This document shows positions 50,803 through 60,678 of a stretch of DNA of 64,000 nt, piece after piece. Both the position numbers and the translations under genes were made by a program. This DNA comes from Terriglobia bacterium (GTDB lineage Bacteria; Acidobacteriota; Terriglobia; 20CM-2-55-15): contig CBDCLE010000001.1 of NCBI GenBank assembly GCA_965218585.1, forward strand, positions 206,436-270,435, in the 5' to 3' direction. Position 1 is the first letter of the stretch. Each line of letters opens with the position of its first letter. Under the pieces are notes generated by a model. It was not told where the DNA came from, did no database searches, and saw only the letters and a program-made list of their open reading frames with translations.

Positions 50803-51891
50803 ATGTTTCAGACACTGTTACCCGAGCACCTGACACGTTTGACCGAAGACGAAACCGATCGGAGGATCGGGGAACTCAGAGAACGCCTGGGCTCGCGTCT
50901 GGTGGTCTTAGGGCACCACTACCAGCGCGACGAAGTCATCAAGTTTGCTGACGTTCGCGGCGATTCGTTCAAACTGGCCCAATGGGCCTCCGAGCAGAAG
51001 GATGCAGAATATATTCTGTTTTGCGGCGTCCATTTCATGGCTGAAAGCGCCGATATCCTGAGCGCGCCCTACCAGAAGGTAATCCTGCCGGACCTGAGTG
51101 CAGGTTGTTCCATGGCGGATATGGCTGCTCTGGACCAGGTGGAAACCTGCTGGAACGAACTCACCGGGCTTACGTCGGAAACCATCATCCCGATCACGTA
51201 CATGAATTCGTCCGCGGATATCAAGGCGTTTTGCGGTCGTCAGGGTGGTGCTGTCTGCACGTCGTCAAACGCACCTGCGGTGATGCGCTGGGCGCTGGAA
51301 CGCGGAGATAAAATCCTGTTCCTGCCGGATCAGCACCTGGGACGAAACACAAGCTATCAACTCGGGTTCCGCCTGGAAGAGATGTCGGTGTGGGATCCCT
51401 ATGAGGAACTGGGTGGGAACACGAGCCAGGAGCTTGTCGACAGCCGGATTGTGCTCTGGAAGGGGCACTGTTCTGTCCACGGACGTTTCCTGACTGAACA
51501 CGTAGAAAGAGTCCGGGAACGCTATCCTGACATTCGCGTGATATCCCATCCGGAGTGCCGTTTCGACGTCGTTCAGGCTTCCGATGCCGTCGGGTCCACC
51601 GAACACATCGTCAAGTGTGTGACTCAGTCGCCGGTTGGGACCAAGTGGGCGATCGGCACCGAGATACACTTGGTCAACCGCCTGCGAAACGAAAACCCCG
51701 ACCGGTTCATCATCCCTCTCGATGACTGTGGGTGCCTCTGCTCCACGATGTTCCGCATCGACCCCTCGCACCTGCTCTGGTCGATGGAAAACCTTCTTGA
51801 AGATCGGGTGGTCAACCAGATAACGGTTTCTGACGAAGTGGCCGAATGGGCGCGCGTCTCGTTGAACCGGATGCTGGAGATCACTCACTAA
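50803..51891 (+). CDS. nadA: Quinolinate synthase
   Basis: GHHYQ, GDS, FCGVHFMAE, AGCSMAD, YMNSSA, CTSSNA, CSVH, HPEC, C..M. Confidence 0.96.
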   Translation: MFQTLLPEHLTRLTEDETDRRIGELRERLGSRLVVLGHHYQRDEVIKFADVRGDSFKLAQWASEQKDAEYILFCGVHFMAESADILSAPYQKVILPDLSAGCSMADMAALDQVETCWNELTGLTSETIIPITYMNSSADIKAFCGRQGGAVCTSSNAPAVMRWALERGDKILFLPDQHLGRNTSYQLGFRLEEMSVWDPYEELGGNTSQELVDSRIVLWKGHCSVHGRFLTEHVERVRERYPDIRVISHPECRFDVVQASDAVGSTEHIVKCVTQSPVGTKWAIGTEIHLVNRLRNENPDRFIIPLDDCGCLCSTMFRIDPSHLLWSMENLLEDRVVNQITVSDEVAEWARVSLNRMLEITH

Positions 51892-51927
51892 CTTTTCCCC
51901 CGCGGGCCACCTGTTACTTTTCAATCC

Positions 51928-52209
51928 GTGTCTCCGACCTCGAGAAGAGTCTTTACAATAAGCGGCATCGTTCAGGGTGTCGGTTACCGTTACTTCGTCT
52001 TGGGCGTGGCGCGGCGCCACCAGCTTCTGGGTTATGCAAGGAATCTGGCAGACGGCCAGGTCGAGGTCGTTGCAGAAGGTGCGCCGGAGGCGTTGGACGC
52101 ATTGAGAACTGAACTGGAACGGGGGCCTTCCGCTTCGCGTGTAGATCAGGTGGCCGAGTCTGAGGCTTCGATAACTGAAGCCTTTAATGTCTTTAATATC
52201 CGAGGTTGA
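51928..52209 (+). CDS. acyP: Acylphosphatase
   Basis: [20 protein letters not shown]. Confidence 0.93.
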   Translation: MSPTSRRVFTISGIVQGVGYRYFVLGVARRHQLLGYARNLADGQVEVVAEGAPEALDALRTELERGPSASRVDQVAESEASITEAFNVFNIRG

Positions 52210-52214
52210 ACCAA

Positions 52215-52730
52215 ATGGATGAGTTTAAGAAATTGATCCGTGAAGTGCCGGACTTCCCGAAGCCGGGTATTCTCTTCTACGACATCACGACATTGCTCAA
52301 TCACCGCCCGGGTTTTTGCCGGCTGATCGATTACCTGACGCTTCAGACACGACCGATTAAAGCGGATTTTGTTCTGGGGATCGAAGCCCGCGGTTTCATA
52401 TTCGCACCTGCTCTGGCCTATAACCTCAATGCCGGTTTCGTTCCCATTCGCAAGCCCAACAAACTTCCCGCGGAGACCGAAGCCGTGACCTATGACCTGG
52501 AATACGGGACCGACACCCTGGAAATCCACAAGGGGGCCTTCCCGGAAGGCAGCCGCGTCATCATCGCAGATGACCTGCTGGCCACCGGAGGTACGGCCCG
52601 GGCGGCTGCCGAGCTGGTGGAGAAGGCCGGTGGCGTGGTTGCCGGTTTTACTTTTGTCGTTGAGCTGGAGTTCTTAAGCGGAAGGGAAAAGCTCGACGGT
52701 TACGATGTGTTTTCGTTGATCCAGTATTAG
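52215..52730 (+). CDS. apt: Adenine phosphoribosyltransferase
   Basis: [32 protein letters not shown]. Confidence 0.96.
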   Translation: MDEFKKLIREVPDFPKPGILFYDITTLLNHRPGFCRLIDYLTLQTRPIKADFVLGIEARGFIFAPALAYNLNAGFVPIRKPNKLPAETEAVTYDLEYGTDTLEIHKGAFPEGSRVIIADDLLATGGTARAAAELVEKAGGVVAGFTFVVELEFLSGREKLDGYDVFSLIQY

Positions 52731-52746
52731 TATTGAATCAAACGAC

Positions 52747-52820
52747 GGCCCTGTAGCTCAGGTGGATAGAGCAGCGGTTTCCTAAACCGGAGGTCGGAGG
52801 TTCGAGTCCTCCCAGGGTCA
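52747..52820 (+). tRNA. tRNA-Arg (anticodon CCT); CCA not encoded
   Basis: Acceptor stem GGCCCTG/CAGGGTC, D arm GCTC..GAGC, anticodon loop TTCCTAA, T arm GGAGGTTCGAGTCCTCC; G27-G43 mismatch. Confidence 0.93.
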
Positions 52821-52831
52821 CTTCCAATAAC

Positions 52832-53047
52832 TTACTGAGACGAGTTGGGTTTGGCCGATTTCGACTTTTTCGACTTCGGCGTCCGTTTTCGGGGTGGGTC
52901 GGTCTGCTTGATGAAAGTCCAGGTCACGGGCCTGTCATGCACAGGGCATTCGGGAAACGCTTCTCCCCTGAGGAGTTCAATCTCATAGCCGCAGTCGTTT
53001 GATCGATAGAAACCCTGTTGCTCGCATGTCTTCCCGGTTCGATGCAT
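52832..53047 (-). CDS. Small hypothetical protein, YjzC/zinc-ribbon-like
   Basis: TG..C...GFY...CG......GE.FPEC......W; GGAGG RBS. Confidence 0.65.
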   Translation of the reverse strand: MHRTGKTCEQQGFYRSNDCGYEIELLRGEAFPECPVHDRPVTWTFIKQTDPPRKRTPKSKKSKSAKPNSSQ

Positions 53048-53259
53048 CCTGCCTCCGTCGGTAGAGTTCCGTTTCGGTTAGGAAGACGTGTTAGACGCTG
53101 GAAAACTTGCATGATGAGCGAGATAAATTGAAAAAACGCGGAAGCGCCCGGTGACCTCCGCCTAACTTGTGTTTGTCCTATTGCTGGCTTAAAATCAATA
53201 ACTTTGGAGTAGACCCCAGTCCGGGGGTTGTACTGTAGTGGCCAAAGGAGGTCAGGCCG

Positions 53260-53967
53260 GTGGCACGGAAGAAGTTGACCAGGCGAGAACTTGTCCAGAA
53301 GGATGAGATCACCTCCACTCTCGAAAAGGCGACAGACTTTGTTCTCAAACACGGGAAGGTGCTCGCCATCGGGTTAGGTGTGGTCATTGTCGTTGTCGCC
53401 GTCGTCGTCGTTATGAACGTCAGCGCGCGGAACCGTCAGGCAAGCGCTCAGAGCGCGCTTGCCGACGTCATTCGGGTCTACGCCACCGTTCTCGAAGGCG
53501 GCTCGGACGAGGATCGGTTCCAGGCCACGGTGGTGGAGGCCGCACGTGTTGAGGCGGACCACCCCGACCAGCCGGCGGCCCAGATCGCCCGGTACTACGC
53601 GGCTCTCGCTCACGAGGGACTGGGAGATTCGGCTCGGGCGATCGCGATTCTCAGTGAACTGAGCGAATCGGAAGACCAGAGGGTCAACCAGGTTGCGCGT
53701 TTTGCGCTGGCCCAGTCCTATAAGAATCAGGGTGAGCTGGAAAGTGCGGTCGGCGTTTATCAGGCACTTTCCGAGGACGGAGGGTTTTCACAGGGCGCAG
53801 TACTCTACGAACTGGGACGGCTCCATGAAGCCATGTCGATGCCCGATGAGGCCCGCAATTACTACCAGTCACTTGTTGGAGAGTATCCGAACTCTCCTTT
53901 TCGGGAAGATGCTGACCGTGCGCTGAGGCGTTTGAACCTCGGCGAATCTTCCGGGGAGCCCTCTTGA
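53260..53967 (+). CDS. YfgM-like membrane-anchored TPR protein
   Basis: N-terminal TM helix, TPR repeats, YP.S; AAGGAGG RBS. Confidence 0.8.
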   Translation: MARKKLTRRELVQKDEITSTLEKATDFVLKHGKVLAIGLGVVIVVVAVVVVMNVSARNRQASAQSALADVIRVYATVLEGGSDEDRFQATVVEAARVEADHPDQPAAQIARYYAALAHEGLGDSARAIAILSELSESEDQRVNQVARFALAQSYKNQGELESAVGVYQALSEDGGFSQGAVLYELGRLHEAMSMPDEARNYYQSLVGEYPNSPFREDADRALRRLNLGESSGEPS

Positions 53968-54022
53968 TCGCGGATGTACGATCAGCGATTCGGTGTTGAC
54001 CCCCAGCCGAAGCGGAGTGAAC

Positions 54023-54613
54023 GTGAAATCCAGGACTCCTTCCCACCGAGCCCATCCGGTTGGCGCTGTAGTCGATCTCGCCGATCTTGGTCGAGAGCGG
54101 CTGGTTCTGGAAGGTTTGCTGACTCCGGGCGAACTGGATTTTCGAAGACACGGAATCGGGCAGGTCCAGTCCCTCAAGTGGTCGGGTTTTATAGAACGGC
54201 AGGGAGGCGAAATCCGCTTTTCCGGAGTGGTGACGACCGAACTGGCATTGGATTGCGTCCGGTGTCTCGATCCGGTGCGGGAAAAAGTTCGAAGAGAGTT
54301 TGATCTGTTTTTCAGGCAGCGCGAAAGTTTGATCTACGACGAGGATGCTGAGATCGAGTTGGAGGAGTCCGACACTCAGACATCGTTCATGACCGGGACA
54401 GAGTTGAGGCTGGGCGAGATCATGCAGGAACAGGTGCTGCTCGCAATCCCGATGAAACCCATGTGTGGCTCCGAATGTCGCGGGCTATGTCCAATTTGCG
54501 GGTCTAACCTGAACAAAGACAAGTGCGAATGCCCGGCCCAAAAGATCAACCCGGCTCGAAACTTTCAAAGAGTTCAAAAAACAACTGGAAGATCACAGCT
54601 AAGTCGGAGTTAA
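54023..54613 (+). CDS. yceD: YceD/DUF177 protein; C-terminus probably affected by a small indel near 54553
   Basis: CVRCL and P.KP.C...CRGLCP.CG.NLN...C.C; lies upstream of rpmF; start uncertain. Confidence 0.88.
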   Translation: MKSRTPSHRAHPVGAVVDLADLGRERLVLEGLLTPGELDFRRHGIGQVQSLKWSGFIERQGGEIRFSGVVTTELALDCVRCLDPVREKVRREFDLFFRQRESLIYDEDAEIELEESDTQTSFMTGTELRLGEIMQEQVLLAIPMKPMCGSECRGLCPICGSNLNKDKCECPAQKINPARNFQRVQKTTGRSQLSRS

Positions 54614-54623
54614 TAAGGAAGTC

Positions 54624-54806
54624 ATGCCAAATCCAAAACGTAGACACTCGAAGGCGCGGAAGAACAAGAGGCGCGCTCACGATTCTTTGAGCGCACCGTC
54701 GTTATCGGAGTGCCCCAACTGTCACGAGTCGAAGTTGCCTCATCGCGCCTGTCCCCACTGCGGCTATTACAACGGACGTGAAGTCATTGAGACCGCCGAG
54801 GAATAG
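54624..54806 (+). CDS. rpmF: 50S ribosomal protein L32
   Basis: [25 protein letters not shown]. Confidence 0.97.
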   Translation: MPNPKRRHSKARKNKRRAHDSLSAPSLSECPNCHESKLPHRACPHCGYYNGREVIETAEE

Positions 54807-54815
54807 ACCTATATC

Positions 54816-55892
54816 GTGACAAAGATTGCAGTCGACGCAATGGGGACCGATAACGCCCCGGCAGTGGAAGTCGAGGGCGCTGTGCGTGCCGCAGCAGAAT
54901 ATGGCGTGCAGGTCCTGCTGGTCGGTCAGTCCGAACCCATCAAGAAGGCTCTCGAAGAGCATGAGACCGATGGCTTGTCCATCGATGTCTTCCATGCCGG
55001 CGAAGTCGTCGGGATGGACGAATCTGCCATGACGCCGCTGCGCAGAAAGAAAGATTCTTCAATCCGTGTCATCGCCAACCTGATGAGTGAGGGCCGGGTT
55101 TCGGGCATCGTCAGCGCGGGCAACACGGGAGCCGTGATGGCCGCGACCAAGGTTGTCGCCGGTTCGCTTCCCGTGGTCGACCGTCCGGCTCTTTCGACGG
55201 TTCTGCCCACGCAGAAGGGCAAACCCTCGATCCTGCTCGACGTGGGTGCGAACGTTGATTGCAAGCCGCTGCATCTGGAGCAGTTCGCGATCATGGGAGA
55301 TATATATTCTCGCGTCATATTCGGTATTCGTCGCCCGCGAATCGGTCTGTTGTCCATCGGAGAAGAGGACTCCAAAGGGAACGAGCTCACCAAGGAAGTC
55401 TTTAAGACTTTGAAGCAGGCGCCGCTGAACTTTGTCGGGAACGTCGAGGGGAGAGACATTTTCAAAGGCGAAGTGGATGTCATCGTCTGTGACGGTTTCA
55501 CGGGAAACGTCGCGCTCAAATTGAGCGAGGGGCTCATAGAAACGGTAAAGGCGATGCTGGGCGATGAACTCCAACGCACGCTTTCGGCCAAGGTCGGGTA
55601 CATTCTGGCCCAGAAAGCGTTTCAGCAGTTTCAACGCCGGATGGACTATTCCGAGTATGGAGGCGCCCCCCTACTGGGCATCAAGGGGATCGGTATCGTC
55701 TGTCACGGGCGTTCTAATCCGAATGCCATAAAGAACGCGATTCGTGTGGCCCACGAGTTCTGTGAGCAGAACGTCAACCAGGCAATCGAGAGGGAATTCC
55801 ACAAACTTGGCCTGACCAAGCCGGATTCTCCCGATCGGGAGCCGCCTGTCGAAAGCGATGCCCGGGTGTCCCGCTCCGGTGTCGTTAGTTAG
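54816..55892 (+). CDS. plsX: Phosphate acyltransferase PlsX
   Basis: IAVDAMG.D, SAGNTGA, LDVGAN, DGFTGNV.LK, GGAPLLG, HG.S. Confidence 0.96.
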   Translation: MTKIAVDAMGTDNAPAVEVEGAVRAAAEYGVQVLLVGQSEPIKKALEEHETDGLSIDVFHAGEVVGMDESAMTPLRRKKDSSIRVIANLMSEGRVSGIVSAGNTGAVMAATKVVAGSLPVVDRPALSTVLPTQKGKPSILLDVGANVDCKPLHLEQFAIMGDIYSRVIFGIRRPRIGLLSIGEEDSKGNELTKEVFKTLKQAPLNFVGNVEGRDIFKGEVDVIVCDGFTGNVALKLSEGLIETVKAMLGDELQRTLSAKVGYILAQKAFQQFQRRMDYSEYGGAPLLGIKGIGIVCHGRSNPNAIKNAIRVAHEFCEQNVNQAIEREFHKLGLTKPDSPDREPPVESDARVSRSGVVS

Positions 55893-55913
55893 AGCCTCCC
55901 TCTTCTTCCTCAC

Positions 55914-56852
55914 ATGGCATCCCGAAAGATTGCTCTGATGTTTCCCGGCCAGGGCGCCCAGTACGCCGGCATGGGCCAGGACCTGGCCCGGGGTTTTCCG
56001 TCGGTAGCGGCTCTGTTCGAAGAAGCGGACCGAGCCCTGGGCTTCTCGCTGTCAAAGTTGTGTTTCGAGGGTCCGGAAGAGGATCTGAAATTGACCGAAA
56101 ACACGCAACCGGCTCTTCTGACAACTGCGGTCGCTGCCTTCCGTGTCCTGTCTGATCGAGGCCTGAGACCGGATTTTGCAGCCGGCCACAGTCTGGGAGA
56201 ATACAGCGCGTTGGTGGCGGCGGGCGCATTGAGTTTCTCGAATGCGGTGTCTCTGGTTCAAAGGCGGGGCCGCTACATGCAGGAAGCCGTACCTGTGGGC
56301 GAAGGAGCAATGGCGGCCATCCTCGGCCTGGACCCCGACGCTGTCCGGACGGCGTGTGAACGCGTTCAGGAATCGGAAGTCGTTTCGCCGGCCAATTTCA
56401 ATTCCCGGACTCAGGTGGTCATCTCCGGCCATCGGAGGGCGGTCGAACGGGCCGTCGAAGAGGCCAAAAGCGCCGGGGCGAGGCGAGCGCTACTGTTGCC
56501 GGTGAGTGCTCCTTTCCATTGCAGCCTCATGCTGCCCGCGGAGGAACGACTGTCTGCGGATCTGGATGCCATCGATTTTAAGAATCCGCGGTTTCCGATC
56601 GTGACAAACGTGGATGCAAAGGCTGTTCAGACCGGTTCCGAAGCCAGGGACGCGGTCCGGAGACAGACCTCCAGGCCGGTTCGCTGGTACGAGACCGTGC
56701 AGTTTCTGCTCGACGCTGGAGTCGACACGTTTGTTGAAGTTGGACCGGGCAAGGTCCTGACCGGTCTGGTTCGTTCCATCGAAAAGTCGGTTACAATGCT
56801 TAATGCGGAGGACGAGGCTTCGCTGGACCACGCACTGGCCACTCTCCTATGA
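55914..56852 (+). CDS. fabD: Malonyl-CoA:ACP transacylase
   Basis: FPGQGAQ, TQPAL, GHSLGE, SAPFH, EVGPG. Confidence 0.96.
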   Translation: MASRKIALMFPGQGAQYAGMGQDLARGFPSVAALFEEADRALGFSLSKLCFEGPEEDLKLTENTQPALLTTAVAAFRVLSDRGLRPDFAAGHSLGEYSALVAAGALSFSNAVSLVQRRGRYMQEAVPVGEGAMAAILGLDPDAVRTACERVQESEVVSPANFNSRTQVVISGHRRAVERAVEEAKSAGARRALLLPVSAPFHCSLMLPAEERLSADLDAIDFKNPRFPIVTNVDAKAVQTGSEARDAVRRQTSRPVRWYETVQFLLDAGVDTFVEVGPGKVLTGLVRSIEKSVTMLNAEDEASLDHALATLL

Positions 56853-56952
56853 GGACGGCTTCCTGGTTTCATCCGAAGGGCTGTTGTCCTGCCACGGGCG
56901 TTCGCCTCATGGCGTGTATTGAGAACAATTCGTAAGACGGAGGTTGGAGTAA

Positions 56953-57195
56953 ATGTCTTCTTCGGTTGAAGAAAAAGTCAAAACGATAATCGTCGAACAG
57001 TTGAGCGTCGATGAATCAGAGGTCACACCCACGGCCTCCTTTATCGACGACCTGGGAGCAGATTCCCTGGATACGGTGGAGTTGGTGATGGCGTTGGAGG
57101 AGGGTTTTGGAATCGAGATTCCCGACGATGCCGCAGAGAAAATTACCACCGTCAAGGAAGCGATGGACTACATCGAAGCTCACCAGAAGAAGTAA
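56953..57195 (+). CDS. acpP: Acyl carrier protein
   Basis: [12 protein letters not shown]. Confidence 0.97.
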   Translation: MSSSVEEKVKTIIVEQLSVDESEVTPTASFIDDLGADSLDTVELVMALEEGFGIEIPDDAAEKITTVKEAMDYIEAHQKK

Positions 57196-57216
57196 AAAGA
57201 TTCGGAGGACCGAGGC

Positions 57217-58455
57217 TTGGAGAGGAGAGTAGTTATTACTGGCGTTGGACTTGTTACCGCGCTCGGAGTAGGAACCGATGCGACCTGGGAGGGATTGTGT
57301 GCAGGCCGCAGCGGAGTTTCCGAGATCACGGGATTCGATACCACAGACTTTTCCGCGAAAATCGCCGCAGAAATTAAGGATTTTGACCCTTTGGAATGGA
57401 TCGAAAAGAAAGAGGTCAAGAAGATGGACAGGTTTATCCATTGCGCAATCGCCGCCTCTGCGTTCGCGATGGAGCGATCGGGTCTGGAGATAGCGCCGGA
57501 ACTCGCCGAAAGAGCCGGGGTGTTTATCGGTTCAGGAATCGGCGGTTTTAACATCATCGAAAGAGAACACAACAACCTCATACGTGGCGGTCCACGCAAG
57601 ATCTCTCCGTTTTTCATACCGTCCAGCATTATCAACCTGGCGGCCGGGCAGGTTTCCATCCGGTTTGGAGCCAGGGGGCCGAATTCCGCCCCGTGCACGG
57701 CCTGTTCCTCCGGTTCCCACGCTGTCGGAGACGCCTACGAGTTGATGCTCCGGGGCGGTGCCGACATCATGATTGCGGGAGGATCCGAGGCTGCGATCAG
57801 TCCGATGGGCGTCGGAGGATTTGCTGCCATGCGTGCGCTGTCCACACGGAATGACGAACCTGAACGTGCGTCCCGTCCTTTCGACCTCGACAGGGACGGA
57901 TTTGTGATGGGTGAAGGTGCGGGGATTCTCGTCCTGGAAGAACTCGAAATGGCGAAGAAGCGAGGCGCTCCCATCCTTGCCGAACTCGTCGGATACGGAA
58001 TGAGCGGGGACGCGTATCACATCACGCTTCCGTCCGAGGATGGAAACGGGGGGTACCGCGTGATGCAGAACGCCCTCAAGAGCGCTGACGTTTCTCCCGA
58101 CGAAGTCAGTTACATCAACGCCCACGGCACGTCCACGCCTCCGAATGATCGTTTGGAGACGACGGCCATCAAACGGCTCTTCGGGGACCACGCGCGGAAA
58201 CTGCCGATCAGCTCCACCAAGTCCATGATGGGACACCTTCTGGGCGCAGCCGGAGCAGTCGAGGCCGGAATAAGTGTGCTCGCACTCCAGAACCAGGTCA
58301 TACCGCCGACCATCAATTACGAAACCCCAGACCCGGACTGCGATCTCGACTACGTTCCCAACGAGGGCCGGGATGCCGATCTCGAGTACGTGCTGTCGAA
58401 TTCTTTCGGGTTTGGCGGTACAAACGCCGCTCTTCTCTTCAAACGTTTTAATTAA
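57217..58455 (+). CDS. fabF: Beta-ketoacyl-ACP synthase II
   Basis: RRVVITG, TACSS, NAHGTST, GHLLGAAG, NSFGFGG. Confidence 0.96.
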   Translation: MERRVVITGVGLVTALGVGTDATWEGLCAGRSGVSEITGFDTTDFSAKIAAEIKDFDPLEWIEKKEVKKMDRFIHCAIAASAFAMERSGLEIAPELAERAGVFIGSGIGGFNIIEREHNNLIRGGPRKISPFFIPSSIINLAAGQVSIRFGARGPNSAPCTACSSGSHAVGDAYELMLRGGADIMIAGGSEAAISPMGVGGFAAMRALSTRNDEPERASRPFDLDRDGFVMGEGAGILVLEELEMAKKRGAPILAELVGYGMSGDAYHITLPSEDGNGGYRVMQNALKSADVSPDEVSYINAHGTSTPPNDRLETTAIKRLFGDHARKLPISSTKSMMGHLLGAAGAVEAGISVLALQNQVIPPTINYETPDPDCDLDYVPNEGRDADLEYVLSNSFGFGGTNAALLFKRFN

Positions 58456-58542
58456 GGGGACAGACTACTTAATCCCCGAATCGATTTCCCGGATTCTACG
58501 AATTCGTGTATCGCGAATTCGGGGATTCGGTAGTCCCTCCCC
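58456..58542. repeat. GGGGACAG-family inverted repeat after fabF
   Basis: GGGGACAGACTACTTAATCCCCGAAT ... ATTCGGGGATTCGGTAGTCCCTCCCC. Confidence 0.75.
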
Positions 58543-58559
58543 CCTGCTATGCTGCCTTC

Positions 58560-60215
58560 ATGTCTCCCGAACGTGAAGTCATGGAGGTCGATGTCCTGGT
58601 TGTCGGTGGAGGTCCCGCCGGGTTGGCCGCGGCATACCACCTGAGGCGACTGCTCGAGGGCAACGGGCGCGATGACACATCGATTGCCGTTCTTGAAAAG
58701 AGCAGGGGAATCGGCGCGCATATCATTTCCGGGGCGGTCCTCGACCCACGTGGAATAAACGAACTCATGCCGGACTGGCTGGAGAAGGGAGCCCCCATCG
58801 AAAGTGAGGTCGCCGAGGATCACGTTTACTATCTGGGCCGGACCTGGAAACTCGGACTCCCCGTAATCCCTCCACCGCTCCGCAACCACGGCAATTACAT
58901 CGTTTCGCTCAACAGGTTTATTCGCTGGCTTGGAGATGTCGTTGAAGAGAGCGGCGTGGATATTCTTGCCGGCTTCTCCGGGTCGGACCTGCTGATCGAA
59001 AACGATAGTGTTGTCGGCGTTCGAACCGGAGACAAGGGCGTCGACCGGGAGGGAGGGCCGAAAGGGAACTATGAGCCGGGCATCGACATACGTGCCAGGC
59101 TGACCATTCTGGCCGAAGGCGCCCGGGGGTCGTTAACGAAGCAGATCATCGAGCGGTCCGGTCTGGATGTCGGGAGAAATCCGCAGGTCTACTCCGTCGG
59201 GGTCAAGGAAGTGTGGGAGGTCGATGGGAAGGCAGCGCAGCCCGGACGGGTCATCCACACTGTGGGTTTTCCACTATCCTCGGAAGATTTCGGCGGTGGT
59301 TTCATCTACAACATGGATCAGTCTCACGTAGCTGTCGGGATCGTTGTGGGGCTGGACTATCGAAATCCTCGCCTGGACCCGCATCTGAAGTTGCAGCAGT
59401 TCAAAGAGCATCCCCTCGCCAGGAGTGCGATCGATGGGGGCCAGCTCGTGTCCTACGGCGCCAAGGCCATTCCGGAGGGTGGTTACTGGGCGATGCCTCA
59501 GTATCATTTTGGAGGCGGAATGATCGTGGGGGATTCGGGAGGTTTTCTGAACTCGATGCGGTTGAAGGGAATTCACCTTGCGTTCAAGAGCGGAATGCTT
59601 GCCGCCGAGGCGGCCCTGGAGGCGCTCGAGGCAAATGATTATTCGGCTTCCCGAATGCAACGATTTGAAGAATTGGTCGAAGGGAGCTGGATCAAAGACG
59701 AGCTCTGGAAAGTGCGGAACTTTCACCAGGGATTTCAGAAAGGACTTTGGGGAGGGATCTTCCATGCCGGTTTGCAGATGCTGACCGGCGGGAGAGGACT
59801 GGCGAACCGGTATGCGAGCGAGCCCGGACATACCCGGATGCGTACAGTATCGGAATACCCTTCTACTCGGGACCCGGAAACTAAACTGAACTTCAATATG
59901 CCGTTAACCCGCGATAAGTTGACCGACGTGTACCAGTCGGCAACGGCGCACGAAGAAGATCAGCCCGTCCATCTCATTGTTCTCGATCCTGATCTGTGCC
60001 GTACACGTTGCGCCCGGGAGTATGGAAATCCATGCCAGTACTTCTGCCCTGCTGCGGTCTACAGCATGGAAGACGATGGGGCAGGACAACCCCGTCTCGC
60101 CATCGAGGCTTCCAACTGTGTTCACTGCAAGACCTGCGACATTATGGATCCGTATCAGATTATCGATTGGATCCCGCCTGAAGGCGGTGGTGGGCCGGAT
60201 TACAGGTATTTATAG
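58560..60215 (+). CDS. Electron transfer flavoprotein-ubiquinone oxidoreductase
   Basis: GGGPAGL, SGA, KGIHLA.KSG, HEEDQP.HL, CPA.VY, NCVHCKTCDI. Confidence 0.93.
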   Translation: MSPEREVMEVDVLVVGGGPAGLAAAYHLRRLLEGNGRDDTSIAVLEKSRGIGAHIISGAVLDPRGINELMPDWLEKGAPIESEVAEDHVYYLGRTWKLGLPVIPPPLRNHGNYIVSLNRFIRWLGDVVEESGVDILAGFSGSDLLIENDSVVGVRTGDKGVDREGGPKGNYEPGIDIRARLTILAEGARGSLTKQIIERSGLDVGRNPQVYSVGVKEVWEVDGKAAQPGRVIHTVGFPLSSEDFGGGFIYNMDQSHVAVGIVVGLDYRNPRLDPHLKLQQFKEHPLARSAIDGGQLVSYGAKAIPEGGYWAMPQYHFGGGMIVGDSGGFLNSMRLKGIHLAFKSGMLAAEAALEALEANDYSASRMQRFEELVEGSWIKDELWKVRNFHQGFQKGLWGGIFHAGLQMLTGGRGLANRYASEPGHTRMRTVSEYPSTRDPETKLNFNMPLTRDKLTDVYQSATAHEEDQPVHLIVLDPDLCRTRCAREYGNPCQYFCPAAVYSMEDDGAGQPRLAIEASNCVHCKTCDIMDPYQIIDWIPPEGGGGPDYRYL

Positions 60216-60243
60216 GGCGTTCGGTTGATGAAATTCTGTTTGT

Positions 60244-60678
60244 TCACAGAGCGACGGCATCGGCTACGCGGCGGAGTAATTCCTCGGAGCTGAAAGGTTT
60301 GGTGATGAGGTCCCTTTCAGGGATGTCATGGTGTTCGAGCGAGTCGTCTATATGGCCGGACATGAAGAGGACTTCGGTGTTCGGGCGCCTTTGCTGCCAC
60401 CGTTTGACAAAGTCAGGGCCGCTCATGCTGGGCATGATCACGTCCGTCAGGATCAGGTCCACAGATATGTCCAAATACTCGTCCAGAGCCTTCTGTGGCG
60501 TTGACGTGTCAAGGACCGTGTAGCCTCCCCTCTCCAGCATTGAAGACACCAGTTTCAATACGGCCGCATCGTCTTCGACTACGAGAATCGTGCCTTTGCC
60601 TGCAATCTTGATTTCTTCAGACACGACTTCGGTGGCTTCCGGTGTCCCTTCGACCTTAGGCAGAAGTACGTAGAAGCG
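60244..60678 (-). pseudogene. Receiver-domain C-terminus of the IS256-disrupted PAS hybrid kinase
   Basis: ILVVEDD, LTDVIMP, FMSG, KPF; joins GKGSRF|YVLLP across the IS. Confidence 0.88.

Noticed and set aside
52747-52820. Prophage or island integrated at tRNA-Arg
   Set aside because: No integrase, no duplicated tRNA 3' end, and housekeeping genes resume within 450 bp.
60244-60624. Stand-alone response regulator
   Set aside because: It continues in frame from the HATPase across the IS256 TSD, so it is the kinase's receiver domain.
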